Assembly (NCBI RefSeq): GCF_021028975.2
Contig: NC_059436.1
Span: 25,048,001-25,112,000 of the forward strand
Length of the DNA: 64,000 nt
Direction: 5' to 3'
Source of the DNA: Sphaerodactylus townsendi
Taxonomy: Eukaryota
In this document: one piece after another, positions 1-13,222 of the stretch
Layout: every line of letters begins with the position of its first letter
How positions within the stretch are numbered: the stretch's first letter is position 1
Notes under the pieces: generated by a model
What the model saw: the letters and a program-made list of their open reading frames with translations, nothing else
Databases searched by the model: none
What the model was told of the DNA's origin: nothing
Program-made: the position numbers and the translations under genes

Positions 1-297
1 CCATATCTGTGGCAATCCCAAAAAGGAACTCTTTGTCCCCTCAAGCAGGGGTGTAGCTGAGTAAAATGGTGGCCACGGCTCACTCGTGTGGAGCTCAGGA
101 GCAGGGCCATGTGCCTTGTGGGAGGGGTGCGGCCCACTTGATGTTGGCTTCAGCTCACCCAGGTCCAGCTTTCAAGCCTGCAGCTCAAAGCTTGTCCCAA
201 GCATCCCTGAGGCCAGAATCAAACTGAACAAGCTGAGCTGACCAGTTCCAGCTTTATGCTGTTGGCTCCACCCCCACCCCACCCCCCAGGCTCCACC

Positions 298-628
298 TGT
301 AAGGAACTCGAAGGACTTGAAACCAAACGACTTAGGACAGCTCGTTTATTCCATAAACTTCAATGATCACAATACACGCCATGCGAGAACTGGCCCCCCT
401 CGGCCAGAATCGTCGTTTTTACAGACGAGAGCACTGCCCCTCCCCCTTGCATAGTTCCCAAGCATAGTTTCACACAGGGTGAAAAGCCGAAAAGCAGCTC
501 AAACAGACATGATAAGCATAAGCATAGTAAGGCTCAATACTCCGGGCAGCAAGTTTCTCCAGTCCAAGCGAATGTACCAAGGACGAAGCCGGGTGGAGGA
601 TCGCACTAACTCCCCAACACCTCTTACA
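298..628 (-). repeat. 3' LTR of the Gypsy element (331 bp)
   Basis: Bounded by inverted termini TGTAAG (298) and CTTACA (628). Minus-strand AATAAA at 355-360. Directly follows the PPT. Confidence 0.85.
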
Positions 629-642
629 TTCCGCTTCCCCTA
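629..642 (-). promoter_or_regulatory. Polypurine tract of the Gypsy element
   Basis: Minus strand reads TAGGGGAAGCGGAA immediately before the TGTAAG start of the LTR. Confidence 0.8.
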
Positions 643-654
643 AGAAACCCCCTT

Positions 655-1920
655 TCCCCCGGCTTGCCGGGGAAGGCTTTATGGAAAGCCGAAATCAAGG
701 GGGGGATCAATATTTTCTACAGCAAACTACTGATTATGACCAGAGGGATACCACTCCCAGGAGACCAATAGATACTGCAGTCGACAAGTAACATAAATGG
801 TGATTCCAGGAATAGCGTCGATCTCAGAATGCTTGTGGCTAATTAACGATCACCAGCGGGGGAGCCCTCCCGTTGGGTAATGCCAGGCATTCCGAAGCTA
901 TGAGCCTGCTCGAGCAGACGGAATGAAAAACAGGATGAATGTTAATTTCAGTGAGTTAGGCAGTTCCAAACGTATACCCCCCCGTTAATTACTTCTGGGA
1001 GATTCTGAATGGCCCGGCACTTCTTTGCCTAGCCAGCGGAATATTTGTGCACATATCTCAAGTTTCTGGTAGAAAGATAAACCCAGGCACTCCACGTGCA
1101 AAGTTGGGAAAATCAACTCTATGTGTTTGTCTGCTTGGAACTTTTGAGCCTCTTGCTTTTGAGAAAGGGAGGTAGAAACAGATTTCCATCCCTCCGCTAA
1201 GAACTTAATCCAACGCACCTCCAAATTCTGGGGGCTGCAACGCCGAGTCGGGGAGTTCCAGGGTGAGGGGGGAATTTGTTACCAGATACTATTTCCGCAA
1301 GGCGTTTTATTGAAGTTACTATGCAATCGCATTATTGTAAAGTATGACCAGCTTCGTATGTATAACTCGACTCCAGTTAGTTTTGACGGTAATTGGCGCA
1401 ACAACGTAGATATTGTTCCAGTGTTCTGTTGGTCCGTTTCATCTGGCCGCCACTTTGAACGTGGTAGGGGGCTAAGACAGCCGAGGGTGGTCTTGTAGAA
1501 ACGTCCAGAAACGCCTTCCAAAATTTTGAGATGAATTAAACTTTATCCAAAATTACTCTCTCCTGAGCTGAGTGCAAACGATACACATGTTGAATAAACA
1601 CCTTGGCTAGCTTAGGCGCTTGACGGGACAGGCAAGGAACGTAGTGAGTTTCGCTTGGAAAAAAGGTCTACTACTACCCAGAGCGCCGTGGTTCTAAGGA
1701 CTCCTAGGCAGATCTGTTATAAAGTCCATGGATACGATCTGCTGGCGTCTGGTGAAGCCGGAGGAATAATGGTGTCCATAGCTTTCCGAGGATCTCCCTT
1801 GGCTTCCGCATTTGTACACCCCTTAATGCAAGACTCAATATCCTTGTACATAGAGCGCCACCAAAATGGCCAAGCCTAAGCAGGTGTAGAGTTTTCTAAA
1901 CTAAAGTGCCCTGTTTATGA
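655..1920 (-). pseudogene. Integrase plus C-terminal chromodomain remnant
   Basis: Chromodomain-like text EIDAI...RLQYLLVSWEWYPSGHNQ...LISAFHKAFPGKP at about 660-830. QKFQADKH and GP-type C-terminal integrase motifs in ORF 985-1224. Core remnant at about 1280-1520. WWRSMYKDIESCIKGC zinc-finger-region remnant at about 1810-1870. Confidence 0.8.
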
Positions 1921-2229
1921 AAGCATCATGCCCCGCCAGCAGAACTCGCTATGTAGGGAAGGCGGCATCGCATCAGCAGTCACCCCGCCTCCAAACCTCA
2001 CCAGAATCCGGTAAAGAGGGTCCGACTTCCCTTTCGGGATGTCCTGCTGTCCCGCCTCCTCTAACTGATGAGGAAAGGCATGTCCACGTCCGAACAATTC
2101 GGGATGGGAGTGGAAGGCGGGGGGGGAGTCGCTTGGGATCGATTGACCACCAGCCCCACTTGGGAGGGGGAAAGGATGGGGTCCGAGGGGTGTTACGCAT
2201 AAAACCACCCCCTTCGGCTGCCATGGACA

Positions 2230-3520
2230 AAGCATCGGCCAACTTGTTAGTTGGGTTTCCTGGGAAGAAATGTGGACTGTAAATGCAAACCGAGAGAAGA
2301 AATCGGCCCAACGCAGCCGTTTCAGCCTATTATCTTGAGGGGAGTGGACAAGGCAACCAGGTTCTTATGACGTCGGACTACACTCTGGAACGAGGGTGGC
2401 AGCCCCTTCCAGCCAGTGCTCAAGTAGAAAGAGCTTCTTTAATGGCGGCCGCCTTCCTGTCCCCCCCACCGCCCAGTTCAGTCTAGGGCCAGAAAGCTTT
2501 TTTGACGAATAAGCACACGGGACAAGTTTATTATCTTTATTTTCTCTGCAGGAGGGCAGCCCCCAAAGTTTTATCCGAAGCATCGATATGTACTATGAAA
2601 GGCAAGTTAGATCCAAAAGTTTTAGAATAGGCTCAGTGGTGAATGCAAGCTTATGACTGAAAGGCAGTCTGACAATCCTCTTGCACCTGTGTTATATTCC
2701 GGGTTTGTGACGCCTGAGGACCTTTTCCTTTGGTGCCGTAGTAGATCCATTAATGGTAGGGGCTAGCTGAGCAAACTGGGGAATAAAGTCTCGATAGAAA
2801 TTGGCAAAAACCTAGAAAAGACTGGAGTTCCTTACGAGTGGTGGGAATGGGCCAGCTTAACGACTCAAGCAATTTTAGTAGGGTCCATTTCCTTAGTCCC
2901 TCGGGCGAGATCCCCATAGCCTAAATAGTCCAGGGATGTACGGCAAAATGCACATTTCGATAGCTTGACAAATAGAGAACGCTCAAGCAGACGTTGTAAC
3001 AATTCTCTGACCAACTTTTTGTGCTTCTTCTACCGTTTATAGCATATCAGAACATCATCTAAATATAATACTACTCCCTTTGAATAAAAAAAGTCTTGCA
3101 AAACATCATTGATTTTGGGAAGACATGAAAGCCCCTGGGGCTCCTGCTAATCCGGGAATGCGCATTACACAATCATCTCATATTGTCCTAATTTAGTGTT
3201 AAACGCCAAGTTAAATTCGTTCATAACCTTTCAGTAAATTCTCACACTGCAGTAAGCCTCCCGGTGAAGTCCAATTTGTGGTGGTGGAAAATGCGCCCCG
3301 CACCTAAAGCCGAAAGCATAATCTTTTTTTAATTAAAGGCAAGGGGTATTTGTTGGAAAGAGTGAGATCGCCCAGCGCTTAAACCCCGCATAGTCGGGTG
3401 CAAAGAGACGCAGGGAACCATCTTTCTTCTTTACAAACAATACCGGGGCAGCGTGGGTGCTTTTGGTTGCCCTCACCGGATGAAACCCCTAAAGCAAGAT
3501 TCTTATCAAGGAAAGCCCTG
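2230..3520 (-). pseudogene. Reverse transcriptase and RNase H remnant
   Basis: VLYLDDVLI with YLDD at 3054-3065. RNase H motifs DASDKTLGAALLQ and PCAYSSKKL (about 2500-2585) and NKLADALS (about 2230-2250). Confidence 0.9.
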
Positions 3521-3907
3521 AGCCCTTTCTTTGTTCGGCGCGACTTCATTCGGGATATATTCTTCCTCTTGGTGAAGTTGTGCTCCCGGATTAAGAGGAT
3601 CTTGCAATCTGTATCTCTATGGGGAAGTTGATCGCGATTCTCCTCTTCAAAAAAACTTTGTAGCTAGATCCCAGTACTTACCTCTTGGGATCCCAATCAG
3701 TTCAGGGCTCGGAGCAACTTTAAGGGCCAGCGTTTAAATCTTGTGGGAAGTTGGGGCTTTCTAGAAGTTCGCCAGGTGGTTCTCCTCATGCATATGGCTC
3801 TCCACAAAGGTGGATCCGCGAATCTTAACGATGCGTTGTCCCCAGAGAATGGTGGGGTTCATGGGACAGTGAGCCAAGGCATTCCCAAAACGATGGGGTG
3901 TTTGGGC

Positions 3908-4411
3908 TTACTGGATGCCAAGATGAAGCTGCGCCTCTCCCAGTGCTCGGCACAACGTAGAAGCACTGGTTAGGTTCTTGAACGAAGCCGGGCCCTCGAT
4001 CCCAAGGCGACTGCCATCATCCATCTGGAGTAAAGGGGATGGGCTTACCAATGCCATCCGTTCGAGACCTAACTGTTCTACTACCTGAGGTCTCATTAGA
4101 CAGTGAGAGCAGCCTGAGTCCACTAAAGCCCAGGCTAAGATATGGGTGCGTTTCGCTGAATTAGTTAAAGTGGCCATAATGGTTATGGGGGCCCCCCCTT
4201 CACTCACTGCATCGGGTGCCGTCATTTCGTCTGCTGGGCCTGATGATAGACTTACTCCACCAAAGTCGGTCTCTTTGCTGTCATCCTGGTCGTCCTCCGC
4301 TAGGCTGCAGGCAGCTCCCTGAGGCTCTTTCGGACCCGGTTTACGGGGGGTCCTGGCTGTGGATTTTCGTGGCGCTGGGACGGGAGCCTTGGGCTTTTTC
4401 CAGTCAGGCAT
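3908..4411 (-). pseudogene. Retropepsin aspartic protease plus gag-pol linker remnant
   Basis: ALVDSGCSHCLM catalytic DSG motif in ORF 3908-4411. Confidence 0.85.
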
Positions 4412-7400
4412 TGGTGGGTGGAGCTACAAATAAGAGGTGTTTAGCAAGCCCATAGGACACTGTAGGTCAGTCAAGACTGCTTCATCTCCCAGTAGAACCT
4501 CTGAGATGCCTTGATACTGGGAGAAGGCAGAAACCCAGCCCCTGCCTGGAAAAACACAGGAGGGCTGCTGGATCAGATAGGGGAACCCTCTGCCTTCTGA
4601 ACTGGCAGCTGCTTCTCACATTCAGAGGGCAGGGCAATTCTTCTCTGGAAACAGCTGAGGGAGCCGCGGGCTCCTCCACGGAGCATTTCTCTCTGACCAC
4701 CAAGTGACACCCCCGTCCCTGCAGCAATGTCTGCTAAGGGCTGGTCTGTTTGTTTTACTCAGGTGTAACACATTGCGCTAAGAATTCTCAGGTGAATTAA
4801 CGGGGAAGGTAAATTTAGCACAAATAGATGTAAATAACTTCACAGCATGGCTTGCCTTCAGCCTGCGGGAAGCGGCAGGAGGCTGTAAAGTTAAATGTAG
4901 CTGGATTTAAAGAGGATGGCATGATTTTACAGCCAATAATAATATTACTGGCTGGAAATCCCAGGATAGGAGAAAGGCAGCCTCTAGCAAGCTTTGGTTT
5001 CAAGAAGGCTTCTTGATCACTCAGAAAGAGAGAGAAGAGATCAAGGCTGTCTCCTACTAGGGCTGATCAACCTCCCTGCCCAATTGTTTTGGCAAAAAGG
5101 GAGGGCAAGTTCACCCCACCCCACCCCCACTCACTCTGTTGCACCTAAATAACATTTGTGGCACTGACTGAGTCACCGAGGAGGGTGTGGGACTGGAGAA
5201 ATGTCCTCGGTGGCTTAACACAGGAGATGATGCCAAGGAATATTAAGTTGCGCTCTCTTAAGTCTTCCTTCTGTCTCCCAAATCTGGCATGATTTCTGCC
5301 TTTGTTTCATTCCCCCACTGGCCTCCAAGGAATCTGGACTTTCCTGTAAGGATGTCTTGCCTTCGAAATTAAGCTGTCAGTTATTAGGGAGGAAGGATAG
5401 GAATGGAACTTCCAGCTTCAGAGGCAGGATACCTCCAATTATTAATTTAAAGAACAAACCAGAAGTGGAGCATCTCCATCCAGTCCTGTTTGTGGGTTCC
5501 CCATCTTCTGTCCTGGACCTGTTGGAGACAAAAATATGGGTGCCAACACAGTTCACCCATGACAGCTGCACAAACTCTGCTTTGGGGGACAGCAGAACAG
5601 TTCAAATGTTTTAGCTTTTTTATCCATTATATTGATTTTTTAAAAACTGGGTTGTTTTCATATGTGCCTTTTATGGTTTCTGTTGCACAGCCAGGCCATT
5701 TGAGCAGACTAAAATGCACCAAAAAAGAAGAAAACAAATCCATTAAGTAATGAAATAATGAACCCTGTGCTTCTGTGGCTCCGCGCAGTGCTTGAGAGAG
5801 TGGATGAAGTCTGGCCCTGTGAAGGCACCAGCCGGCCATCTCCGGAGGGGCCTCTGCCCTTCTGCCCTTGATGTAATTACAAGCAGCAGACACTGCATTT
5901 AGAGACATGCTGCCCATAGAGGCGGGGGATTATTTGGGGTGTACATTTCTAATCAGAAGCAGGAAACGGGGGCTGTCTGCTCTGAGCCCAGGCACTACAT
6001 CTGCGGCCCCTGGAGGTTGTGTGTTTGCAACTCAGAGAAGTTCCCCACTCAGCAAACAACCCGAAGACAAACGGCCAACAAAGCCCCACCCTGGTGCCCT
6101 GCAGCGGCCTCCAGAGGAGCTGGCCCCATGCCCTGTGCGGCAGACCCTGCTCAGCCGTCTCCTATGGGACAGATGCTGTCCTCTTCCACCATTCAGTAGT
6201 ACCTGTGTTGACCTTCCCATTGGCACAGGTATGTAAACAGAGCAGCTCTCAACAGATAGTGAAACACAAGCTCTGCAAAAGGAAGATCCTGGCTTTGGTC
6301 TAAAGGGATCCAGTGAGAAAGATTTGACTGCAAACCCCCAGCACCCCCTGCCAGACAATGCTGAGCTGGGCCACACCCCGCGTTTAGGGGAAGCAGGAGT
6401 CCAGCCATGGGGAGAAACCTGGCAGCTGCACTTCTCTCACTTGGCACAAGGACAGGGAGGCCCAAGACCCCCCCCCCCAAAAAAAATAATCCAAAACATT
6501 CCATTTCGCATCTGTTAAATGCAAAATGTTGCAAAAATTCAGATCGGTGTATCTGAACGGTCACTGGTGAGATCTGCATCTTGTCACCCACATCCTGTGG
6601 TGAGCCCTTCTGCCAAAGGGAACTGGTAGAGTGGAGCACCCTGAAGGCGAGCAGCCGGGACAGGGAGGGGGGAGTCAAGGTCAGCAGGAGGAATTCCTCT
6701 TTTCCTCTTCAGGATTCCTTGGAGAGGGGGAGGCCCAAATCAAGGCAGGAGGATTTGTCTTGGGGGTGGGGGAAGCGGGAAAGCATTTGTATGCTCTGCC
6801 GTGCCCTTGCGATTGAATTTATAACATCCTCCATCTTGTCCTTTGTGAATTCCTGAAAACACCTTTGTGAAACCCCATCCCACAGACCAATATGAGAACT
6901 GCAGCATTTCAATCAGGCTTCTGAATACGCCGCAAACAGTTGCGCAGGCAGCTGTTACTCCCTGGCGTTTGCCGTTGCACGCTTCAGTACAGTTTGCGGA
7001 GTCTATTTACCACATCTAAGACTGATTTCCTTCCTTTCAGCTGCTTTGAAGATAATTGAAGGTACCTGCATTGTCTGCCTGTGAATGTTACCATAAAAAA
7101 ACCCCAACAGCTAATGCTGCAATCGATGTCTCTTCGTTAAGGCTGCTCCTCCACTGGCGTCGAACGCCATGTAACAAAGGTTTGGAATGACTGGATCAGC
7201 AAATTGTCACCGGCCGGCTACTTGGTTAATCACAGGAGGCCCTGCAAAGAGCCCCGGTCCTTTTGATAATGCAAGGCGTATTGAATTGTTAAGGCTAAAT
7301 TAAATATTTAATAGGAAATTTTGCAAAAATGGCAATTTTCCCCCTTCCAATTAAACAAGCAAGGCATGAAAGAGAGAGACAGGAATTGTGCTGTGCCCAG

Positions 7401-7780
7401 CAGGTTTGGATCACCAGCAACCCCGGTGGTTTCCAGCTGCAAGACCAGCCGCTTCTGCTGACCACAGTGGGAGGCAGGGAGGGATCAGAGACACACGTGA
7501 GGGGGGCAGTCCTTTCATGTGCAGCAGCTTCTTCACACTCCAGAAAAGTTCTCTCGGGCTGCTTGCAAAAGGAGGACAAGAAACACTATGAAATGTTCTT
7601 GCCCACCAATGTCAGCAAAAAGCCTCCAAACAGGCAGCCAGACTTGATCCGGGCGTTTCTTCTCCTTAGTAAACTCTGCTGCAGCACCAGCCAGATCAGA
7701 GCAGGGCCCCTGGGCTGGCACTGCAGGGGGTTGGCTTGGGCCTGGGCAGGGGAGTGTGCAAGCCCAGGATGTCCTGCCAG

Positions 7781-7975
7781 CAGTGGCGTATCTGCCAGGG
7801 GAACATGGGGGTCAATTGACCCTGGGCACCACCCATTAGATTGGCAGGCTCCTGACCCGGCTGCTCCTTCAGGCCCGGACCACCACCACCCTCCCCCGCC
7901 AGCTAAGGTAAGTGGGACAGGGGGCGCCCTGAGCAGGCATTGCCCTGGGCATCATTTTCCCCTGGTACGCTTCTG
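7781..7975 (+). mobile_element. hAT-type MITE (CAGTGGCGTA-type TIR family)
   Basis: TIRs CAGTGGCGTATC and GGTACGCTTCTG. 8-bp TSD cctgccag/tctgccag (7 of 8). Homologous to 14308-14673. Confidence 0.85.
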
Positions 7976-10184
7976 TCTGCCAGTCCCAGGCCACCAGCAA
8001 GAGAAGTCAATAAAGTTGAGCTGTTGTGGTGTATCAGCCTTAGCTTCACTGTGCCCTGTGGGAGCCCCGTCTATCTGCTGACTTCTGCCTTTTGGATCAC
8101 TTGGAGGTTTAAACCTAGCAGCAAAGAACAGACGCTCACCCTGACCCATGATCGCATCCACACGGGGACATTCCCTTTGCACTGGATCTCCTCTCCAGCC
8201 AGCCCAAATGATGTTTCTGTAACACAGTGGACCATGGTCCTAGGAGGTTCCATGGATCAGTTGATTCTTAGGCTGATTCCCTCCAAAGTTGCAGCTCCAT
8301 TCTGGATTTCACTTTGGTTCACTTAGCAAACTAACTCTGGGTTCAGAGATCCATTTGCCTGTCTGACCAGCCGGCTGCAAAAAGAGGTGATGTTTTCCAT
8401 GTCATATTCTTTTGCAAAAGAATTTTGCAAGAATCCATCCATCCCAGCTCAGGCTACACCCCGGCAGTGCAGACAGGATGAGTCCCTTGTTCAAGTTCAG
8501 AACTGCCTAAACTGGAGGGTGAGGATGGAGGGGCATAGAAACCCCTGCAGGCTCCGACTGCTCTGACTGCTCGGAGGGGACAGATGGACCCTGGCAGCTG
8601 GCAGCAGGGAAATGAGCTGGCATGGAGGATTGTCGAGCGAGCGAGTGAGTAAGTGAAGGTGTCTCAGCTGCACACATCAATCCCCTGGATGGCTCCAGCC
8701 CCAGCCGAGAAACCTGTCGGGAATTGAGCTGCCAGAGAAGGCAGCAGAGAGGGAGGAGCAGAAATGTCAGCTTGGAAATGGATTGGACTGTGACACAGCG
8801 AATAAAACAAGTGACCCTGCTGTGAAGCTATAATGGGGCTGGTGTGTTTGGTATTTAATTCAAAGGCTATCTATCTCCCTGTCTACACAGAGTCTGCTTT
8901 CCTTCCCATCTAATCTTTCTGTCTGCTCTCAGGCCCAGAGAGAGAGGGCTGCGTGGAGGAAGCCGGGCAGAGGAAAGCTCTGCCTGCTTCCAGGACGAGC
9001 TCTGCTCTTGGTGGCCAACAGGGGTGTCTGGACATCATGGGAGTGGGTCTTTGGGGCCTGGTTTCTTTCCCTCTCTCCTGCGCTCATTTGTTCCCTTCCT
9101 CTTGCAGCTTGACTTTGCCTTCACAGACTGAAATGATGCCACTGCAGCCACGGGTGTGGGTGTCTCTGTTAATTGCACGTCAACGACGTATTCCAGTTCC
9201 TGTCGATCACCTGTTATGTTCGTTTATCGTCCATATCCGAAAACCTGCAGTTTAAAACAGCGTTCCGTTCTGGAACTGGTCTGAACCTGAACGTTAGAGC
9301 AGGACCAACCCTTCCGTGCTTAATTAGAAACTGTTTATTTATTCATGGTATCTGGAGGAGTCAGGCAAAAAGATGCCAAAGATTTACAAAAACCCACGGC
9401 AGTTCCAGCTTTTGGAGCCTGGCTCCTACTGTGCCCTTTATGTGAAAACAGCAAATTGGGAACAACCTGAGAGCAGCAGATAGCTTGCTGGTTCACACTG
9501 CTACAAAACGGCAGTAAAGCTGCCACACTGCTGAAAACACAGGAAGATGTGACTCAGTTCTTGTGCCTGAGATGCATCAGAAACTTCTCATACATACATA
9601 ACTGAAAGGTTGTGTTCTACAAAGAAATAAACAGATAAATAAATAAACAAACTCTCTTGGGTTTGTTTTTGATGCCATGTTCTGTGTTTATGGTTGTTCA
9701 ATTTTTATATATTTCAGTTTGCTTTATTGAAAACAGCTGTGAACTGAGAGATAAAAGAGGTGTAAACTATTTTAAATTATTTTAAATAAATTTTAAAAAT
9801 TACTTGTACTATTTTTTAAAAAAAAATCTTTCTTTTTGGTGCTGGAACCAGCTGCTCATTCCTCACAGCCCTCTGAACTTGGTGGTCAGCTGAAACCCCA
9901 CATCTGGGGAGGGGGTTGTTCCTGGTCGAAAGAAGGATCCCCCCCTTTTCTGATCCCTTCTCATCTAGGTCTACGCCCTCATATGATACAACTGAAGGTC
10001 ATGCAGGGCATCCTCCAGCGCATGGCTAAGGCTCCATGCTCCTGGGAGTGTCGCACCAATGTCTGGATTGCCGCACTAACAAAATCCAAAGACACAGAAA
10101 ATGGGCCTGGCAGGGGGAAGCTGGGATTCCACCCCTCTATGACATGCAGGTATTCTCTTCCCCCCCATCTCCCCCCCCGCATCT

Positions 10185-10308
10185 TGTATGTTTTGCCTGC
10201 ATCTGTGGCTGGCATCTTCAGAGACTCCTCTGATGCAGGTGAAATGTCAGGAGAAAATGCTACTGGAACACGGCCATGCAGCCTGGAAGCCCCACAACAC
10301 CCCAGTGA
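10185..10308. mobile_element. Penelope-derived short palindromic element with decayed hammerhead motif
   Basis: Inverted gcctgcatctgtggctggcatcttcagag followed by gatgcaggtgaaatgtcaggagaaaatgctactggaacacggcc. Same family as the 30, 34, 50 and 54 kb copies. Confidence 0.75.
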
Positions 10309-12554
10309 AGTTCTTTTCTTCCTTCTTTTCATCTTCCTCTTTCTGCGCTCTCCCGCTCGTGGGTTGATTTCCCTCGGACTGCCTCGGACTGCCTGCAGCA
10401 TCAAGTGCTGGCTCGCATGTGTGAATAGGCTGGAGTGCAGCTACAGCTCAACAGTCAGAAGGTCTCTTCCACCCCTCACCACCCCCCACCCCGTCACCCT
10501 GAAGATAACCCGTCTGAGGGAGTCAGTCTCTGCTCCCAGGAATCCAGTGCTGCAAACTGCCCTGTAATCTCTTTGCTTATAGAGTCATCAATGCCTTCCT
10601 TTCCAGTTGTTTTTCATTTAAAAAAAAACCCAGCCTCTCAGAATTCCTTAGATTGTAAACGCTAAAGCTGAATGACACAGTAACCTCATTCCCTATTTAT
10701 GTGGGTCCCAGCAGGGGCTCTCCTCCTTGCTCAAAGACACCCCTCCCCACAGGAGCCGTGGAAACTCTCTGCTCAATGGCTGCTCATTTCTCTGTGCCAC
10801 TTCATCTTTTTATCACTTCCATAAACTTTATTGCAAAAGCAATGAAAACTCGTTATTTCTCCAACGCGCGGTGTAGAAACACACGGCCCTGGCTCCAGTT
10901 TATGAAATGGCTCTGATTGCTGATCGGTCTTTAATGTCTGGCTCTGGCACCAGGAGGAAGAATGCGCCCGTCTCGCTGAGTTCCATCGCAAAGTGATCCT
11001 TGGCTGTCCAGATCCTGGAGGAACAGCCATTTCTAGGGGTGCCTCCGTACCCAGGATACAGCAGCCTTAGACTGGGCACCAACGCTGCATGCTCCAGTCT
11101 TGGGCAAGGGGAGCAGCTGGTACTGGGACACTGTTCGCAGGTGATAGCACAGGTCTATGGATGCTGGCTCTAATTATTGCAGCTGCGCTGCCACTCTGGC
11201 AGGGAACTTTACACATCTCGATGTGAACTGGAAATGTTCCCAACCTGGACCCAATGCTCATGTGAGCGAGTGTGCTGTAGTGCTCAGACAGTTGGACTAA
11301 AAGTGGGGAAGGGGCCATTTCAAACCACCTCTGTGCTCATTGGCATATTTAGGGCATGGGCAGTGTCAGCAAACCCACAATCCTTTTAAGAAATAGAGGG
11401 AAACAATTTGCTTTCAGCCGCTGAAAGGCAGGCAGAACAGCAGAGATGGAGACAGTAACGGCAGACCCAACTTAGGGGAAAGAGGGGCAATATCATATGG
11501 GAAAAAGGAAGCATTGTTAAACCACGCTAGAGCACATGGGCCAGGGGAGCTGTTTCTGCCCCACATTATAGCTGTCTCTGGAGCTTGAAGCCTCACCCTC
11601 CCTTCCAGCACAGCTGACTCCCCAAACTGGAGTCAGGCTTGGGGAACATTGATGAAAGAAACAAGCTGCAATCAGGTGGGGGGGGGAGTTCCCCTTTTTT
11701 TTTAACAAAAATGTTCCTCTCCCTGCCTTTAGAACTGGAGGAAGGGAGAAAGGAACTCACTCATGCCTCTCTGCAAGGGAGAATCTCCACAGCTGTGCGT
11801 TACCCACCGCCAGGCACCCAAGTGACTCCCTGTTTGTGTTCTTGAGGAGCTGGGGGAAGTTGACCTTCATGCCAGAAGTAAAAAGAGATCTGGACCCCCA
11901 CAGCAACCCCCAGAACTGGTTTGCCACTCTTTCTTCGGAGCAAGGCTTCCTGTCCCCCACCTCACCCTTTTACGGCCATTCCTCTGCCGCATGCAGTCGC
12001 TGTTACAACATGAAGGGTTTCTGCCGAGTTTCTTTGGTTCCAACAGGTTGTGCCACATAACTTAGACAAAAGAGTGCTGAATTCATCTCTGATTCTTGGG
12101 GCCTTTAAGGAATACAATTAGCTTTCCCATCGTTTTTGTACTCTCTAAATCTTTTAATTCAGTCATACAAGGACAAGCGTGTAACTGTCAGGACCAGGTA
12201 TGTATACATTTGGAAGGATTTAGGTCAGACTGCTGTAATTAAACTTGCATGCCCCCGGCACTGAGGACCTTTCTTGCATAACTTATATCTTCAGCACGGG
12301 AGTCCTGCACCTCCATTTCTTCTGCACACACTCGGAAGCAGCCAGCCTTCCTCCGTTAATGGTGGGTTGGTCACTCCTCCTTTTTGTAGGATCATCCCAG
12401 AAGAGCCCACAGGATGCGTCCTCCACACCTGGCACGTGAACACATGATGCTGCCGTATGCCAAGTCACACCTTTGACCTGTCAAAGCCAGTCTTGCCTAC
12501 TCAGTCGGGGAGCAGCTCTCCTGGCCCTCACCTCCCGCCTGGTCCTTTTGCCTG

Positions 12555-12623
12555 CAGATGATGCTGGGGGTTGAACCTTCTGCACACCAAGCACAGGCTC
12601 TGCCACTGAGCCACGGCCCCTCC
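12555..12623 (-). mobile_element. tRNA-Ala-derived SINE head fragment
   Basis: Reverse complement GGGGCCGTGGCTCAGTGGCAGAGC...GGTTCAACCCCCAGCATC with A and B boxes. Confidence 0.7.
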
Positions 12624-12923
12624 CTAATCTTGTCCAAGGTTTGGGGCAAGAGTCCGCACCCAGACATGCCTCCTGCCTCTCAGAGCCCCAGCGAGAGTAC
12701 AGCGCCAGGCAGGCAGGCAGGCGGGCAGGAGGACAGACGGGCAAGGCGGAGCTCAGACCCAAGAGCAGAGCGCAAGGAACAGAAAAGGCTGTTACCACAG
12801 GAGAGCTGAGGCTGCTTTTAAGCCTCCCACCCGGAATGACGCAAAGGCAAGCCGGAAGAAGGGCAGGGTCCCCTGTGTGGGTTCGCTGAGCAGTCGTGCA
12901 CCCCCCTCCCAGAGGTATGAAGC

Positions 12924-13222
12924 AGAGAGCCAGCAGGGTGGTTAAGAGTGGTGGACTCTAATCTGGAGGACTGGGTTTGACTCCCCCACTCCTCCACATG
13001 AGCGGCGGACTCTACTCTGGTGAACCAGATTTGTTTTCTCACCCCTACGTTCCTGCTGGGTGACCTTGGGCTAGTCACAGTTTGTTCAGAGCTCTCTCGG
13101 CCCCACCAACCTCACCAGGGGTCTGTTGTGGGGAGAGGAAGGGAAAGGAGCTTGTAAGCTGCTTTGAGTTACAGGAAAGAAAGGCGAGGTATAAATCTGA
13201 ACTTTTCTTCTTTTTCTTCTTC
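12924..13222 (+). mobile_element. tRNA/CORE SINE (Squam3-like)
   Basis: tRNA-like head, CORE-like ctgggtgaccttgggctagtcac, ...ggtataaatc end and (CTT)n tail. Confidence 0.85.

Larger units (their letters stand above)
298..4470 (-). mobile_element. Ty3/Gypsy chromovirus-type LTR retrotransposon, decayed and 5'-truncated (no 5' LTR in the window)
   Basis: Minus-strand domain order is protease, RT, RNase H, integrase, chromodomain, PPT, LTR. Many stops and frameshifts. Right boundary is approximate. Confidence 0.93.

Noticed and set aside
7329-8081. 250-aa ORF
   Set aside because: It spans a hAT MITE, has low-complexity composition and has no recognisable domain.
9180-9320. CpG-rich gttc/gaac segment (similar ones near 6490-6570 and 18960-19020)
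   Set aside because: Possibly old DNA-transposon remnants, but I could not define TIRs or TSDs.
9836-10567. 243-aa ORF
   Set aside because: It crosses a Penelope-derived repeat and pyrimidine tracts, so it is a chance ORF.
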